A stretch of DNA of 64,000 nt from an uncultured delta proteobacterium (GCA_963728565.1 CAVSLC010000014.1:78030-142029), one strand, 5' to 3'. Positions 1-10,512 are shown, counted from the first letter of the stretch. Made by a program: numbers and translations. The notes: a model not told the origin generated them from the sequence alone.

Positions 1-1
1 C

Positions 2-208
2 GATATCAACTGGGCAATTTCGACGCGCTGCAATCCCGCCAAGCAGATCCATATTCTACCTGAAGGCCGCACTACGCAGATCGTCCCGATTGCGGGAGTG
101 AGAGAGCTCGATCACGAGCCGATCGTTAAAGCAAAAATGATCGTCGATGCGACTATCCCATGGAATTATAAAACGGCGGGAAATATCGCCCGGCATGACA
201 TTTTTTAG
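2..208 (+). CDS. UbiD-family (prenyl-FMN) decarboxylase, 3' end only (truncated by window edge)
   Basis: Manual translation from position 2 gives DINWAISTRCNP...KMIVDATIPW, matching the UbiD C-terminal WAxxTRxxP and KxxxDAT motifs. TAG stop at 206-208. Confidence 0.7.
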   Translation, partial: DINWAISTRCNPAKQIHILPEGRTTQIVPIAGVRELDHEPIVKAKMIVDATIPWNYKTAGNIARHDIF

Positions 209-1273
209 CAAAAGCACCTGGCAGGAGGTCGACTAGTCAGACTATATGAGTGAAACCGATCTTGCTCAGCTGAAGCGATAATGCGCCGCGGGCTAGCAAA
301 GTATTGGTGCCGCGGTTTCCAGCCTCGTGCCTGAAGGGTTGCGTGGGCTTTCCTTAGGAACGAAAAATCAAACAACCGCTCAACCGGCGGGCCGTCTTTG
401 ATGCCCGCCAATTTCATTATCAGAGCAATCATCTTCTTTTGAGCATCGTCGGAAAGATCGGCTCCAGCCGTCATCGTTGGTTTCGCGGACTCATACATCT
501 TGGCGCCCAAAGCTTCGTCGACCGTTAACGTTGAGCAATGATGTGTCGGAGCGGCGGGGTTCTCACGCAAAAAACGAAATCCCATGAGCGAGGCTCGGAT
601 GAATCTCTCGACCATGTTCGGATCCGTCCGCAGCAGATCTTCCCGAACCAGAATAGCGCCGCCGGGTAGAAGAAAATTGAGATCGCCGAAAAATACCAGC
701 TCTTTCAGTCCCATGTCCTTCGCTTTGAATGTGAGAGGAGCTATAAGGGTGGCTGCATCGATCGTTCCGGTTGCGAGTCCCGCCAGCCGTGTTTCGGCAC
801 TTCCCATGGACAATATCGTCACGTCACGTTCTAAGCCGTGATCGGCAGAATACGCAAAGACGAAGATCGTCGATGACACCGGTTCCAGAGACGGCGATCC
901 TTTTTGCCGCGCAGTTTTTAATGCTCTGAATTTCTGCTCTGGCATAAATACCATGTTGCGGCTTGTCGAAGGGACAGAAGTGAGCTGACGAAGCATCGCG
1001 TAGCGCCAGCATTCAGGCCGACCATGGGTACATTCGAAAACTCCACATTACCGGCTAAAACTGCGAGGTTCGCAGTTGGTGCTCGCATGGAAATGAGCTC
1101 CGCATCGAGGCCTTCTTGAGTGTAGTAGCCCTTCATATGCGAGGTCAGAAATGGCGCCGAAGTAATCGTATGGCCCGGCAACGCTATCCGGACCTTTCTA
1201 TTTTGCGCGATGCCGGAGTCGTGCGACAAAACAACAAGCATAGAAGAATACAAAAAGAGAACGTTCTATGCAT
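205..1273 (-). pseudogene. NMT1/SsuA/TauA-like ABC substrate-binding protein, frameshifted
   Basis: GGAGG RBS with ATG at 1273. The N-terminal part (KVRIALPG...KGYYTQEGLDAELI) is in ORF 918-1253 and the C-terminal part (GLERDVTIL..RLAGLATGTIDAATL..PNMVERFIRA) is in ORF 205-996, so at least two frameshifts. Confidence 0.75.
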
Positions 1274-1513
1274 TTATACCTCCCGCCCCACGAAACGGGA
1301 TTGCTCTAAGAACAAGCATTTGAGGCGTGATTTTTTAGTTCGCTGCGCTTATAGCAGACCATAACCGGTGCGTCAATTTGATGCGCTTCCGTATCGCACG
1401 GCATCGACAGGGGACTTACGCGAAAACAAGACGTAAGCTTAGGCACGCGTAATACGGCGTGATTTTCCCCCTCGATTGATGTTTCTCTGCGCTTGATTTT
1501 CGATTAGGGAAGA

Positions 1514-2400
1514 GTGGAGGAGCATGATGGCTCAGATATCACCGTCGGGATCTTTACGAGCAACATCGTCATCGCTGTGGCGGAAGCGAAACATTGCTTC
1601 GCCCAAGAGAACCTTTCGGTCGATATCCGTGCGGTCACGGATTCCGCAACATTATTGCGCAGTTTTATCGGCGGCAAGTATGACATATTCTGGCGAATGC
1701 CGACAACGTCGTCAGTTGGTGTGAAGGGCAGGGCGGCGATCCGACACCCAACGATTTGGTTATTTTTCTAGGCGGCAGTCGGGGTGTGAACCAGAAACTG
1801 GTTGTAGCGCCGGCAATCGACAACTTGGAGCAGCTGCCAAACGCGTTTTGGCCGTCGATGCACCGACGACCGGTTACGCGATTGTTGGTATCTACGTCTT
1901 GAAAAAGCACGGTCTCGAGTTGAGCCGTGACTACAATCTTTGGTCCTTCGGCGATACCAAGGCGAGGGCGCGCCATACGGGAAGGAAGCCGCCGCTGCAA
2001 TGATGGGAATGGCCGATGACAAGATTGAGAAACTGGGATTCGCATTGGCGTCCACGCCGAACGTTAGTCCGGTACTACGCCGCGCCCTTTGTACGACACG
2101 GAGAGAATGGGCGGAGGCGAACGATGACGTATTGGTGCGTCAGTGGGGCTATGATCCATGCGTCTGATTGGCTGCTGGATCAGGCAAATGAGAAGGAGGC
2201 GATGGACCTCTTGGCGACAACAATTCATCGAAACCAAGTCGGGCGCATTACACGGAAGCGCTCAGCGATGAGTTCGGGTCGTGCGTCGGTGTCAATCGAC
2301 CTGGAGGGAAATCAGGGAGCCATGGCATTGCGCAATTCTATCGGGGTGGATGGATCTGCTCTCGGAGCCGCAAAAGTCTGTTGACGAAGGTCCCACATGA
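1514..2400 (+). pseudogene. NMT1/SsuA-like substrate-binding protein remnant, multiply frameshifted
   Basis: Fragments ITVGIFTSN..AEAKHCFAQENLSVD, VDAPTTGYA..VLKKHGL and TTRREWAEANDDVL lie in different frames. The end coordinate is approximate. Confidence 0.55.
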
Positions 2401-2647
2401 AAGCTCTGGCGACATTGGAGCCGTAATCGCCTCGCTCGGTGTTGCCGCGGAATCGGCCATCGGTAGTCAGGGCTTGACGCAGAAACAAAGGAAAGGCTAA
2501 ACGATGAACTGCCGATGACCAACGGAGAAAAACACTCAGATGCAGCCGGATTACACCATCTACATTGGTTTAGATCCGACACTCAAAATTGTTTTTTCCG
2601 CAAGTGCACGGTTTTTAGAATCGGAACGAAAAAATCGGAGTGAGACA

Positions 2648-3200
2648 ATGAAACTCTACGATCGCCACACGTCGCCGAACTGTCCAAAGAACCGCGTTGT
2701 GCTCTACGAGAAAAACCTTTCTTACGAGACGATTCCCGTCGACCTGGTAAAGAAGGAACAGAAGAAGCCGGAATCCTCAAGATGAACCCCTACGGCAAGG
2801 TTCCGGTTCTCGTCGACGGCGACACCATTCTCTACGAGTCGTGCATCATCAACGAGTACCTAAAAGAGAAATATACAGCCCACCCACTTTTGCCAAAAGA
2901 TCCAGGGCAGCGAGCGAAGATCAGATCGCCATCGATTACGGCGTTAACGGGACTTACAGCTCCTACGAGAAGCTGCGCAATGAGATGTTAAAGCCCGATA
3001 GCGAAAGGGAGGCGACGGTGATTGCCGAGTCGAGGGCGGAGCTAAGAAAATTACTGCAGAGATTCGAAGACGATCTCAAGGACAAAGCTTACTTGGCGGG
3101 AGAATCGCTCTTGGATGCGGCGGTCATCCCCCGTTTTCTTCGCCTTGCCCACGGGGAGCAATCAGCGCTTCCGAACTGCCTCGGCTGAGCGGCTGGCTAG
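2648..3200 (+). pseudogene. Glutathione S-transferase, frameshifted
   Basis: MKLY..SPNC..RVVLYEK, MNPYGKVPVLVDGDTILYESCIINEYL and LKDKAYLAGE..DAAV are spread over three frames. Confidence 0.8.
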
Positions 3201-4022
3201 ATCGAATGAAAAGCCGATCATCGATTCAGAAAATTGCTTCAGGAATTCCGACAAGTGCACAGCCGGAGCGGGTGTGACATGGGACCAGCAACGCTATGCT
3301 CGCAACATCGTCTAGGCAAGAACAAAGGCCTGTTACAGTTCTCAATGGCTGTGCTTACTAAAGCAGCGCGACTTCACCATTGTCTAAATCACGACCGGCC
3401 ACCTCGCTCTGTGCTACCTACTTACGCGCGAACCGGTTGATGACCATCATTTCGGCATGTTGATAAGCGCTCGACATGCTGGGCGCCACCATACACGAGA
3501 AGCGGTTTCATAACGTGAACTGGAACCTGCAGAGGCCCGGATTGAGAGATCGTAGGATCAAGCCCATTACCCAGAGATACGTTATCTTTCGTTCTCTTCT
3601 GCATGCCACGAGGATCCCATATCCTTATGTCATTCCAGCATTTTGCAGCTTCAGCCCGGGCAAGTAGTGCCTGCGCCTCATCGGAGGATGGCCAGTTTCT
3701 CTCCACCTTCTTTTTAGCATCGCCTCATCCACCCTCGCATAGCGCGACGAGTTTCGGTCGTATCGCGGTTGCTCACCAAGAAGTTCTTGCGGCCGCTGGC
3801 ACGACTTAGATGGGCGAGTGCTCGTCGCCACTTCTTTGACAGAGAACTGGAGAAAATCGATTCGGCATTTGTGAGCTGCCGGAAGCGATCCTAGGTGCAG
3901 GTCGAATGCTCATCGAGGAATGAACCCGTACTCCACGGGTGTCAGCGAGCGACACACGTCCGCTTGTAAACGCTTATCAATCCGCTGTCGGAGGAATGAT
4001 AACCAATTGATTCTAAGTAATT

Positions 4023-4097
<75 letters not shown>

Positions 4098-4121
4098 TCA
4101 AGTCAGGGTGGATGTGCAGTT

Positions 4122-4150
4122 AAAATATGGCTTTAGCCTGAGCTTGTCAA
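4122..4150 (-). promoter_or_regulatory. sigma70-type promoter for tRNA-Gly
   Basis: Minus strand reads TTGACA-17 nt-TATTTT, about 25 nt upstream of the tRNA. Confidence 0.55.
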
Positions 4151-4276
4151 TGAGAGTGAGCCGGGTGACGGGAGCAATTTGGACATCGCAGTGCCAGCGG
4201 GATCGATCGATCATCGTTCCTGATCTTGCGCATGGCTGCAAACGTGTTTTATGTTGGCGCAAAAACCGGAGGATGA

Positions 4277-5221
4277 ATGAAATACCGAATTCTTGGTAGA
4301 ACAGGCTTACGAGTGAGCGCTGTTGGTCTGGGCACGATGGTTCATGCCGGACATTTCGGGCCCATGGATGACCGTGAATCCCTGAGCGCTATTGAAACGG
4401 CCATGGACTTGGGTGTGAACTTTATTGATACCTCCGATGCCTATGGCGCAGGCTATTCAGAAACATTGCTCGGACAAGCACTGCGCGGTAAACGCGATAA
4501 AATCGTTTTGGCGACCAAGGGCGGTAACGTGATGGTCGGTCCCGACCGCGGCAAGCGAAATTTCACCCCTGATTATATCGATCGGGTCATGGACGAAAGC
4601 TTAAAGCGGCTCCAAACCGACTATGTGGATCTGTATCAACTGCACAATCCCACTGTCGATGTGATCGAGCGCGGCGACGTGTGGGAGGTGCTCGAGCGGG
4701 CCAAGAAAGCCGGCAAGATTCGCCATTATGGGGTCTCCATCAATACTATCGAGGAAGGTATCGTGGCAGTGAACGACGGCCGTTCGGATACGGTACAACT
4801 GGAGTATAATCTTCTCGCGCAAGAGCCGGCGGAAAAAATATTTCCTCTGGCACAAGCAGCCAATGTAGGCATTATCGCGCGCGTGCCGTTGCGTCGCGGA
4901 ATTTTGACCGGGAAACTAACCGCGGCCGACGATGGCAGATTTCAGGGTGAAGATGTGCGGGCGCGCAGCTTCAAGGGCGAGCCCTTTCGCCGGGAGCTCG
5001 AAAAAGCGGAGCAACTCCGATTTCTAGCAGAACGGAACATACAAACCTTCGCTCAGGCTGCGATCGCTTTTTGTTTGGCTCATCCTGCGGTCAGCACCAC
5101 GATACCGGGCGCTCGCAACGCCCGGCAGATGCGTGAAAATGCCGCAGGAGCGGATGTGATAATCCCTCCCGAGCATTTACAAAGGATCGACGAGTTATGG
5201 CGCGGCAGTTTCAGTTCCTGA
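4277..5221 (+). CDS. Aldo/keto reductase
   Basis: LGRTGLRVSAVGLG, IDTSDAYG, SLKRLQTDYVDLYQLH and TIPGARN motifs. Confidence 0.93.
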   Translation: MKYRILGRTGLRVSAVGLGTMVHAGHFGPMDDRESLSAIETAMDLGVNFIDTSDAYGAGYSETLLGQALRGKRDKIVLATKGGNVMVGPDRGKRNFTPDYIDRVMDESLKRLQTDYVDLYQLHNPTVDVIERGDVWEVLERAKKAGKIRHYGVSINTIEEGIVAVNDGRSDTVQLEYNLLAQEPAEKIFPLAQAANVGIIARVPLRRGILTGKLTAADDGRFQGEDVRARSFKGEPFRRELEKAEQLRFLAERNIQTFAQAAIAFCLAHPAVSTTIPGARNARQMRENAAGADVIIPPEHLQRIDELWRGSFSS

Positions 5222-5249
5222 CGGCTGATTCGTTCCGGTCGGAGGATTC

Positions 5250-6074
5250 ATGCACAAGGTAATTTCCCATTGGCCGGGTAATTATAAAATGGCCGTTATG
5301 ATCACGGTGATGTTCGAGGTCTGGTCCGAAGGTAAAGCGCCTCCCTACTCACCGATGACCACGGCGTTAAAGCCTGGAACGCCGGACCTTTTAGGAATCT
5401 CCTGGTCGCAATACGGCGGCAAGAGCGGTGTCTGGCGACTTATGCGAATACTCGACGAATGTGATGTCAGAGGGACGGTTTGCTTAAACGCCAAATGCGC
5501 GGAGGATTTCCCCGATGCCGTAAAACAGCTTCATGAGCGCGGGCATGAAATCTCAGCTCACTCTTACACTCAGGATCTCGTGCTGCCGTATCTGTCGGCG
5601 CAAGAAGAGAAAGACGTGATTCAGAAATGCAGTCGCATTATCGAAAGCGTAGTCGGAACCCGCCCGGTAGGTTGGTTCAGCCCGGTGGCCGCGCCGACCG
5701 TCAATACCGCGCGATTTCTCGCTGAAGAAGGATTTCTCTGGCACGGGGATTATAACGACACTGATCTGCCTTATTCGATGAACATGCCTGCAGGCCGGCT
5801 GGTTGCGATCGCGCACAGCGATTTTACCGACAACCGAACGCTTCGCAGTAGCCCGCGAGATTTTTTCAACGTGTATAAAGACACTTTTGACTTTCTATAT
5901 CGAACCGAATCGCCATCGCTGATCAATCTAACGGTTCATACTCATTTTGGCGGACGCCCGTTAATGGCCGCCATGCTCAGCGAGCTGCTCCATTATATGA
6001 AAGGGTTTGCGGATATCTGGTTTGCTCGTCACGACGAAGTCGCGCGCTGGGTGCTGGAACAAGCGGAAGCATGA
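5250..6074 (+). CDS. Polysaccharide deacetylase family protein (PuuE/allantoinase-like)
   Basis: YG..SGVWRL, GHEISAHSY, DxDLPY, TFDFLY..E and HTHFGGRP motifs. Confidence 0.85.
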   Translation: MHKVISHWPGNYKMAVMITVMFEVWSEGKAPPYSPMTTALKPGTPDLLGISWSQYGGKSGVWRLMRILDECDVRGTVCLNAKCAEDFPDAVKQLHERGHEISAHSYTQDLVLPYLSAQEEKDVIQKCSRIIESVVGTRPVGWFSPVAAPTVNTARFLAEEGFLWHGDYNDTDLPYSMNMPAGRLVAIAHSDFTDNRTLRSSPRDFFNVYKDTFDFLYRTESPSLINLTVHTHFGGRPLMAAMLSELLHYMKGFADIWFARHDEVARWVLEQAEA

Positions 6075-6184
6075 GAGGTGGGCAAGTTAGGTGCCCGTAC
6101 GCTTCACCTCTGACTTGGCATGTCACAAAGAGGCTATAGGCCCAAACTGAACCATCACCTGCACATATTAAAACGCGTAAAGAG

Positions 6185-6676
6185 TTAAAACTCGCCGCGA
6201 AAGATGCCGCGCTGTCCGCGTGCTTCTTCGACGCCGACTTCCATGCTGCGGATCCGGGCGTGCGGAAACTTCTTACGAATTTCGCGCCGGATCTGATTGG
6301 CAACGTGTTCGGCCAACAACTCGGTGCTGGTGTTGACAAGGGGAAGGAGAATCACGTCTTGTCGCGGCAGTAAGAGCCGCTGGGTTTTGTAGCGCACTTC
6401 GATTTCCTTGCCTCGACGGTTTACTTTGATTATCGGGCTCTCGGTTTGAATCAAAGTGCGATGATCCAAGCCATCGCAAATCTGCTTGACCAAAGGTTTG
6501 AACGTGATGAAGTCGAGCACGACTCCGGCATGATCGATTTCTCCTTCGAGCGCCACCGAAACCTGGTAGTTGTGGCCGTGCAAAGGTTCCCTCTGGCCAT
6601 CTGGGAAAATTAAGAAATGAGCCGAGGCAAAATTAAAGTAATCTTTCGCGACTTCAATGCTGAAAAATCGTGACAT
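6185..6676 (-). CDS. 6-pyruvoyl-tetrahydropterin synthase superfamily protein with PTPS-III signature (EX2HGH)
   Basis: FNFASAHF, EPLHGHNY, LDH and STELLA motifs. RBS and ATG at 6676. It lacks the catalytic Cys of QueD (CX3HGH). Confidence 0.85.
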   Translation of the reverse strand: MSRFFSIEVAKDYFNFASAHFLIFPDGQREPLHGHNYQVSVALEGEIDHAGVVLDFITFKPLVKQICDGLDHRTLIQTESPIIKVNRRGKEIEVRYKTQRLLLPRQDVILLPLVNTSTELLAEHVANQIRREIRKKFPHARIRSMEVGVEEARGQRGIFRGEF

Positions 6677-6814
6677 TCCTCGGACGTTAGCCAAAAGCCT
6701 CCACTGTTTCAAGCAATCAGTCGTGAATTGGCGCGAAAAGAGCGGTTTTTAAAAACGCTCTTTACCTTGAATTTAACTTGCAACCGGAGCTTGGAAGAGT
6801 TAGGTGAGGAACCT

Positions 6815-7570
6815 ATGCAACTAAGGGAATCTCTCGGCGTGCGCGATGGCGAGATGGTGTCGCTGATTGGCGCGGGCGGAAAAACCACAACATTGTTGCA
6901 ATTGGCCAAGGAACTGCGCGATGCGGGGAAGAGAGTTCTGGTCACAACCACGACGAAAATTTTCAAACCAAGCAAACCACACGTTGACCGACTGTTTATT
7001 GTCGAAGACGTCGATGCGCTACTGCGCGAGGCAAGCAAGCTCGACGCGCCGCTGATTATCGGCGCCGGTTCTAAGCTCGATCAGGGCAAGTTGATCGGAT
7101 TGCCTCCTCGCTGGCTCGATGAGATCGCGAGGAGCAAGCACTTCGCTGCGGTTTTGGTGGAAGCAGATGGAGCGGCGTCGCGGCTCTTCAAAGTTCCGTC
7201 GGAGTTCGAGCCGGTGATCCCAGGCGCTACCAGTCTAACGATCTGGGTTTTGTCGATCAAAGTAGTGGGCAAACCGTTGGATAGTACTTCGGTCCATCGA
7301 GCGGAAACGGCCGCGGCGCTGTCAGGCATGCCGCTGGGAACTCCGGTCACCGAACAACTGATTCTGAACCTGGCGCGGCATCCTGAAGGTTGTCTCAAAG
7401 GCATTCCAGCGGCAAGTCGAAAATCAGCGATGATCAATCAGGCGGACAGTCCGGAAGAAATCGAACGGGCGAAACAGCTAGGCAAAGCTCTGCTCCAGTT
7501 GGAATTCGATCGCGTGGTGATTAACAGTTTTGTTGATAGCGGGCTCAGCAATGAAGTGATTTCCCATTAG
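6815..7570 (+). CDS. yqeC: YqeC-family protein (selenium-dependent molybdenum hydroxylase accessory)
   Basis: SLIGAGGKTT, RVLVTTTTKI and LVEADGA..LFKVP..FEPVIP motifs. RBS GAGGA before ATG 6815. Confidence 0.85.
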   Translation: MQLRESLGVRDGEMVSLIGAGGKTTTLLQLAKELRDAGKRVLVTTTTKIFKPSKPHVDRLFIVEDVDALLREASKLDAPLIIGAGSKLDQGKLIGLPPRWLDEIARSKHFAAVLVEADGAASRLFKVPSEFEPVIPGATSLTIWVLSIKVVGKPLDSTSVHRAETAAALSGMPLGTPVTEQLILNLARHPEGCLKGIPAASRKSAMINQADSPEEIERAKQLGKALLQLEFDRVVINSFVDSGLSNEVISH

Positions 7571-7585
7571 TCAAAATTTTACATC

Positions 7586-8173
7586 ATGATTTCCGCCGTT
7601 GTTCTGGCCGCCGGCCGCGCCGAGAGAATGGGCGAGCAAAAGCTATTGCTGCCGCTCAACGATAAGCCGGTGCTCCAATGGGTGCTGGAGAGCGCATTGG
7701 CTTCGAGCGTTCATGAGGTGACTTGTGTCGTGCGTGATCTCAAGGCCGTGCGACAAAGAATCGCGCTGGCGCATCATCGACTCCATTGGCTAATCAACTA
7801 CGCCGCGGATCGGGGGCAGAGCACCTCGGTGATAGCCGGGCTATGGGCAATCGAGCCAAGGAGCGATGGCGTGCTATTTCTGGTCGGCGACCAGCCGCTG
7901 GTCAGAAAGGATCTGCTTGACGCCTTAATTCAACGATTCGAACAGAGCTCGGCTTTGATCGTTGCGCCCTCATTCAAGGGACAAGCGCGCAATCCGGTTC
8001 TGTTCCGGCGTGAACTCTTTCCGGAGATCCTCCGCTTGACAGGCGACCGCGGCGGCCGGTTCTTGATTGAGAAGCACAAAAGCAGAACGGAGTACGTCGA
8101 GTGGCAGCAAGAGATGCCGTTTATGGATATCGATGTGAGAGAGGATTACGAACGACTGAAGGAACTGGCATAG
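7586..8173 (+). CDS. mocA: Molybdenum cofactor cytidylyltransferase (MocA/YgfJ family)
   Basis: VVLAAG..RMG..KLLLP, GDQP, NPVLF, GDRGGR and DID motifs. Adjacent to yqeC. Confidence 0.85.
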   Translation: MISAVVLAAGRAERMGEQKLLLPLNDKPVLQWVLESALASSVHEVTCVVRDLKAVRQRIALAHHRLHWLINYAADRGQSTSVIAGLWAIEPRSDGVLFLVGDQPLVRKDLLDALIQRFEQSSALIVAPSFKGQARNPVLFRRELFPEILRLTGDRGGRFLIEKHKSRTEYVEWQQEMPFMDIDVREDYERLKELA

Positions 8174-8182
8174 CTCAACAAT

Positions 8183-9280
8183 TCAATTTGCTTGTCCGAC
8201 TGCTTCTCCCACCGATCTGAATCCATCTCGTTCGAGCAGCTTGATCAGGCCCTGGTTGATCCGCTTAACCGCCGCCGGACCCTCATAGACAAATCCTGTA
8301 TAGATCTGCACCGCGGATGCTCCGGCGGTAATCTTGTCATACGCGTCCCGGGCATTGAAGATTCCGCCGACACCGATGATCGGCAGCCGTCCTCCGGTAT
8401 TCTTATAGATATGAGAAACGAAGTTCGTCACCATGGTTGTGATTGGCCTGCCGCTCAAACCGCCGGGTTCCCGGCGCAACGGTGATTTCAAGCTGTCACG
8501 CATAAACGCGCTGGCGTTGGTGGCGACGATGCCTGCTAGTTCGAACGAATTCACCACCTCGATAATTTGATCCACCTGCGCAAATTCCATATCCGGCGCA
8601 ATCTTAACAAACACAGGTTTTTCTTGCCGCTGCGCCGCTGCCGCAAGTTGCCGGTTTTTTTCCCGGACAGCGCTAAGCAAATCCGCAAGCAGCGTTTTCT
8701 CCTGCAGGTCGCGCAGGTTCGGCGTATTGGGTGAACTTACGTTCAAGGTAAAAAAGTCGCCGTGCGAATAGAGCTTTTCAAAAGTCGATAGGAAATCCGC
8801 CACGGCGTCCTTGGTTTCGACGATCTTGGTTCGGCCGATATTAATACCCAGCGGAATTCCCGGGATCTTGCCGTGAGCTCTCAGGTTGGCCAGTCTCGCG
8901 GCAATTGCAGTTGCGCCTTCGTTGTTGAAGCCAAGACGATTGATCAGGGCGCAGTCTTCGGGCAGGCGGTACAATCGCGGCTTTGGATTTCCCGGTTGAG
9001 CCTGGGCCGTCACCGCGCCCAATTCCATAAAGCCGAATCCGAAAGCGGAGATGGTCTGAAGCGCGACGGCATTCTTATCAAAGCCTCCGGCCAGGCCGAC
9101 CGGATTGGAAAAAATCAAAGATTTAATTTGCACGTTGAGCCGTTTGTCCGTCACACGGTAAAAGCGATCGAGAGGACCGTGCACGAGCTGTAATCGCGAG
9201 AGTAACTTTAGAGCTCGGTCGTGGCTTTGTTCCGGATCTTTACTAAACAACCAAGGACGAATGATCGATTTGTAAAGCAT
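8183..9280 (-). CDS. pyrD: Quinone-dependent dihydroorotate dehydrogenase (class 2)
   Basis: NPVGLAGGFDKN, QPGNPKPRLYRL, INRLGFNN, NVSSPNTPNLR and GGLSG motifs. Confidence 0.96.
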   Translation of the reverse strand: MLYKSIIRPWLFSKDPEQSHDRALKLLSRLQLVHGPLDRFYRVTDKRLNVQIKSLIFSNPVGLAGGFDKNAVALQTISAFGFGFMELGAVTAQAQPGNPKPRLYRLPEDCALINRLGFNNEGATAIAARLANLRAHGKIPGIPLGINIGRTKIVETKDAVADFLSTFEKLYSHGDFFTLNVSSPNTPNLRDLQEKTLLADLLSAVREKNRQLAAAAQRQEKPVFVKIAPDMEFAQVDQIIEVVNSFELAGIVATNASAFMRDSLKSPLRREPGGLSGRPITTMVTNFVSHIYKNTGGRLPIIGVGGIFNARDAYDKITAGASAVQIYTGFVYEGPAAVKRINQGLIKLLERDGFRSVGEAVGQAN

Positions 9281-9305
9281 GATTAAACGATCTAGCGGAA
9301 AGTTT

Positions 9306-9517
9306 ATCGCTGGGCCAGCGATTGAGAGATTCGGAAGCTGAAAAGTCTTCCACCGAAGCAGGGAGAACCATTGGGTCCTCCCTCCTTGGCTCTAAACCCG
9401 AGGCAAAGTGCTACTTTTCGAAACCGCCCGAAATACGTTCTTACCCCACCGTAATGAAAATTACCCCGATCTGCAGTCGCAAGAATCGGGTCGGCTAACA
9501 TCCCTTCGGATGAGCCG
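9306..9517. ncRNA. Candidate structured RNA (unassigned family)
   Basis: Seven hairpins in about 215 nt, two of them closed by GAAA tetraloops on the + strand. No credible ORF. Confidence 0.35.
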
Positions 9518-9535
9518 CGACATTGCACTTAATAT

Positions 9536-10153
9536 TTATTTGAAAGGTGCGCACGCCGATGGAGTCATCAACATGTTTTCCTGCATAACCATGTACTGCC
9601 TGGTTTCCGGCGGCCAGCCGGCGACTTTCTTCGAGGCTTCAGCGCGAATCCGTTCACGTTCGCCGGCATCGCGATATGCCCATACATGAATGAATTGGTT
9701 AAGCGGACCGATGGCGCTGACCCATATGCCAATCAGGGGCGAGAGCTTCGCCCGCTCTGGAACCACTTTGCCAAAAGCCTCAAGGACCTTGGGCATCGTG
9801 CCGGGCTGGTAAGTATAAGTGCGAAATTCGTATATGTTGCCCTGCTTCGTTTCAGGTAATGGCGGCGAAAATGGCGCAGGCTGCAAAATCTTATTCTCCT
9901 GGGTGACGATAAATTCTTGGGTCTTCGGTGGCCACATGCCGGTCTTTCTGGCCTCATTGCCAATCCGTTCACGGTCCTCAAAACTTTCGTAAGGCCAGAC
10001 ATGGACGACGCGATTAAGGCCGCCGACCTCCGATTGCCAGAGGCCTAGCAGCCGTGAAAACTGCAGGCGCGCCGTCAATCCTTCGGCAAATTTTTCGACG
10101 AAGTTAGCGGTCATTCCGGGCTTCAGCACATAGGTTCGCATTTCTAAGATCAT
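9536..10153 (-). CDS. Tandem NIPSNAP-domain protein
   Basis: Two repeats of ExRTYxxxPG...GxW.S..G.LN..VHVW.Y....R. Confidence 0.92.
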   Translation of the reverse strand: MILEMRTYVLKPGMTANFVEKFAEGLTARLQFSRLLGLWQSEVGGLNRVVHVWPYESFEDRERIGNEARKTGMWPPKTQEFIVTQENKILQPAPFSPPLPETKQGNIYEFRTYTYQPGTMPKVLEAFGKVVPERAKLSPLIGIWVSAIGPLNQFIHVWAYRDAGERERIRAEASKKVAGWPPETRQYMVMQENMLMTPSACAPFK

Positions 10154-10436
10154 AAAGATTTCCTCCGTCCTGAGGGTTTTCTATCCTTTCCCACAAAGCG
10201 GTGAACAAATGCAACAGGGATAGGCGACTCAGATCGGCAAAACTTTCCCTTCCAATAAGAGTTGGGGAGCGCGGGCCTGCGCAGTGATCCAAAGATCGTT
10301 CAAATCCATCGGTTACCTTGAAGATCAATGGTGAGCATCATTTGCGCGACTTGTCACTTTTGTCGAGAGGCCGAGATTTGTTGACGCAGTTTATCCTTGG
10401 AAACTCCCGCAAGTGACGAAAACACTGCACTCGCGC

Positions 10437-10453
10437 CTGGTATGTTTGTTGCT
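10437..10453 (+). promoter_or_regulatory. sigma54 (RpoN) -24/-12 promoter candidate
   Basis: CTGGTATGTTTGTTGCT has exact GG-N10-GC spacing and lies about 60 nt upstream of the GT2 start. Confidence 0.6.
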
Positions 10454-10512
10454 CGATGATGAGCCTTCCAACCTGAAAGGAGCGTTTCACTCAGTCTTAA
10501 CGCAACCACACC

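Noticed and set aside
3422-3831. Integrase remnant next to tRNA-Gly
   Set aside because: No convincing R...HxxR...Y tyrosine recombinase or serine recombinase motifs appear in the translated frames.
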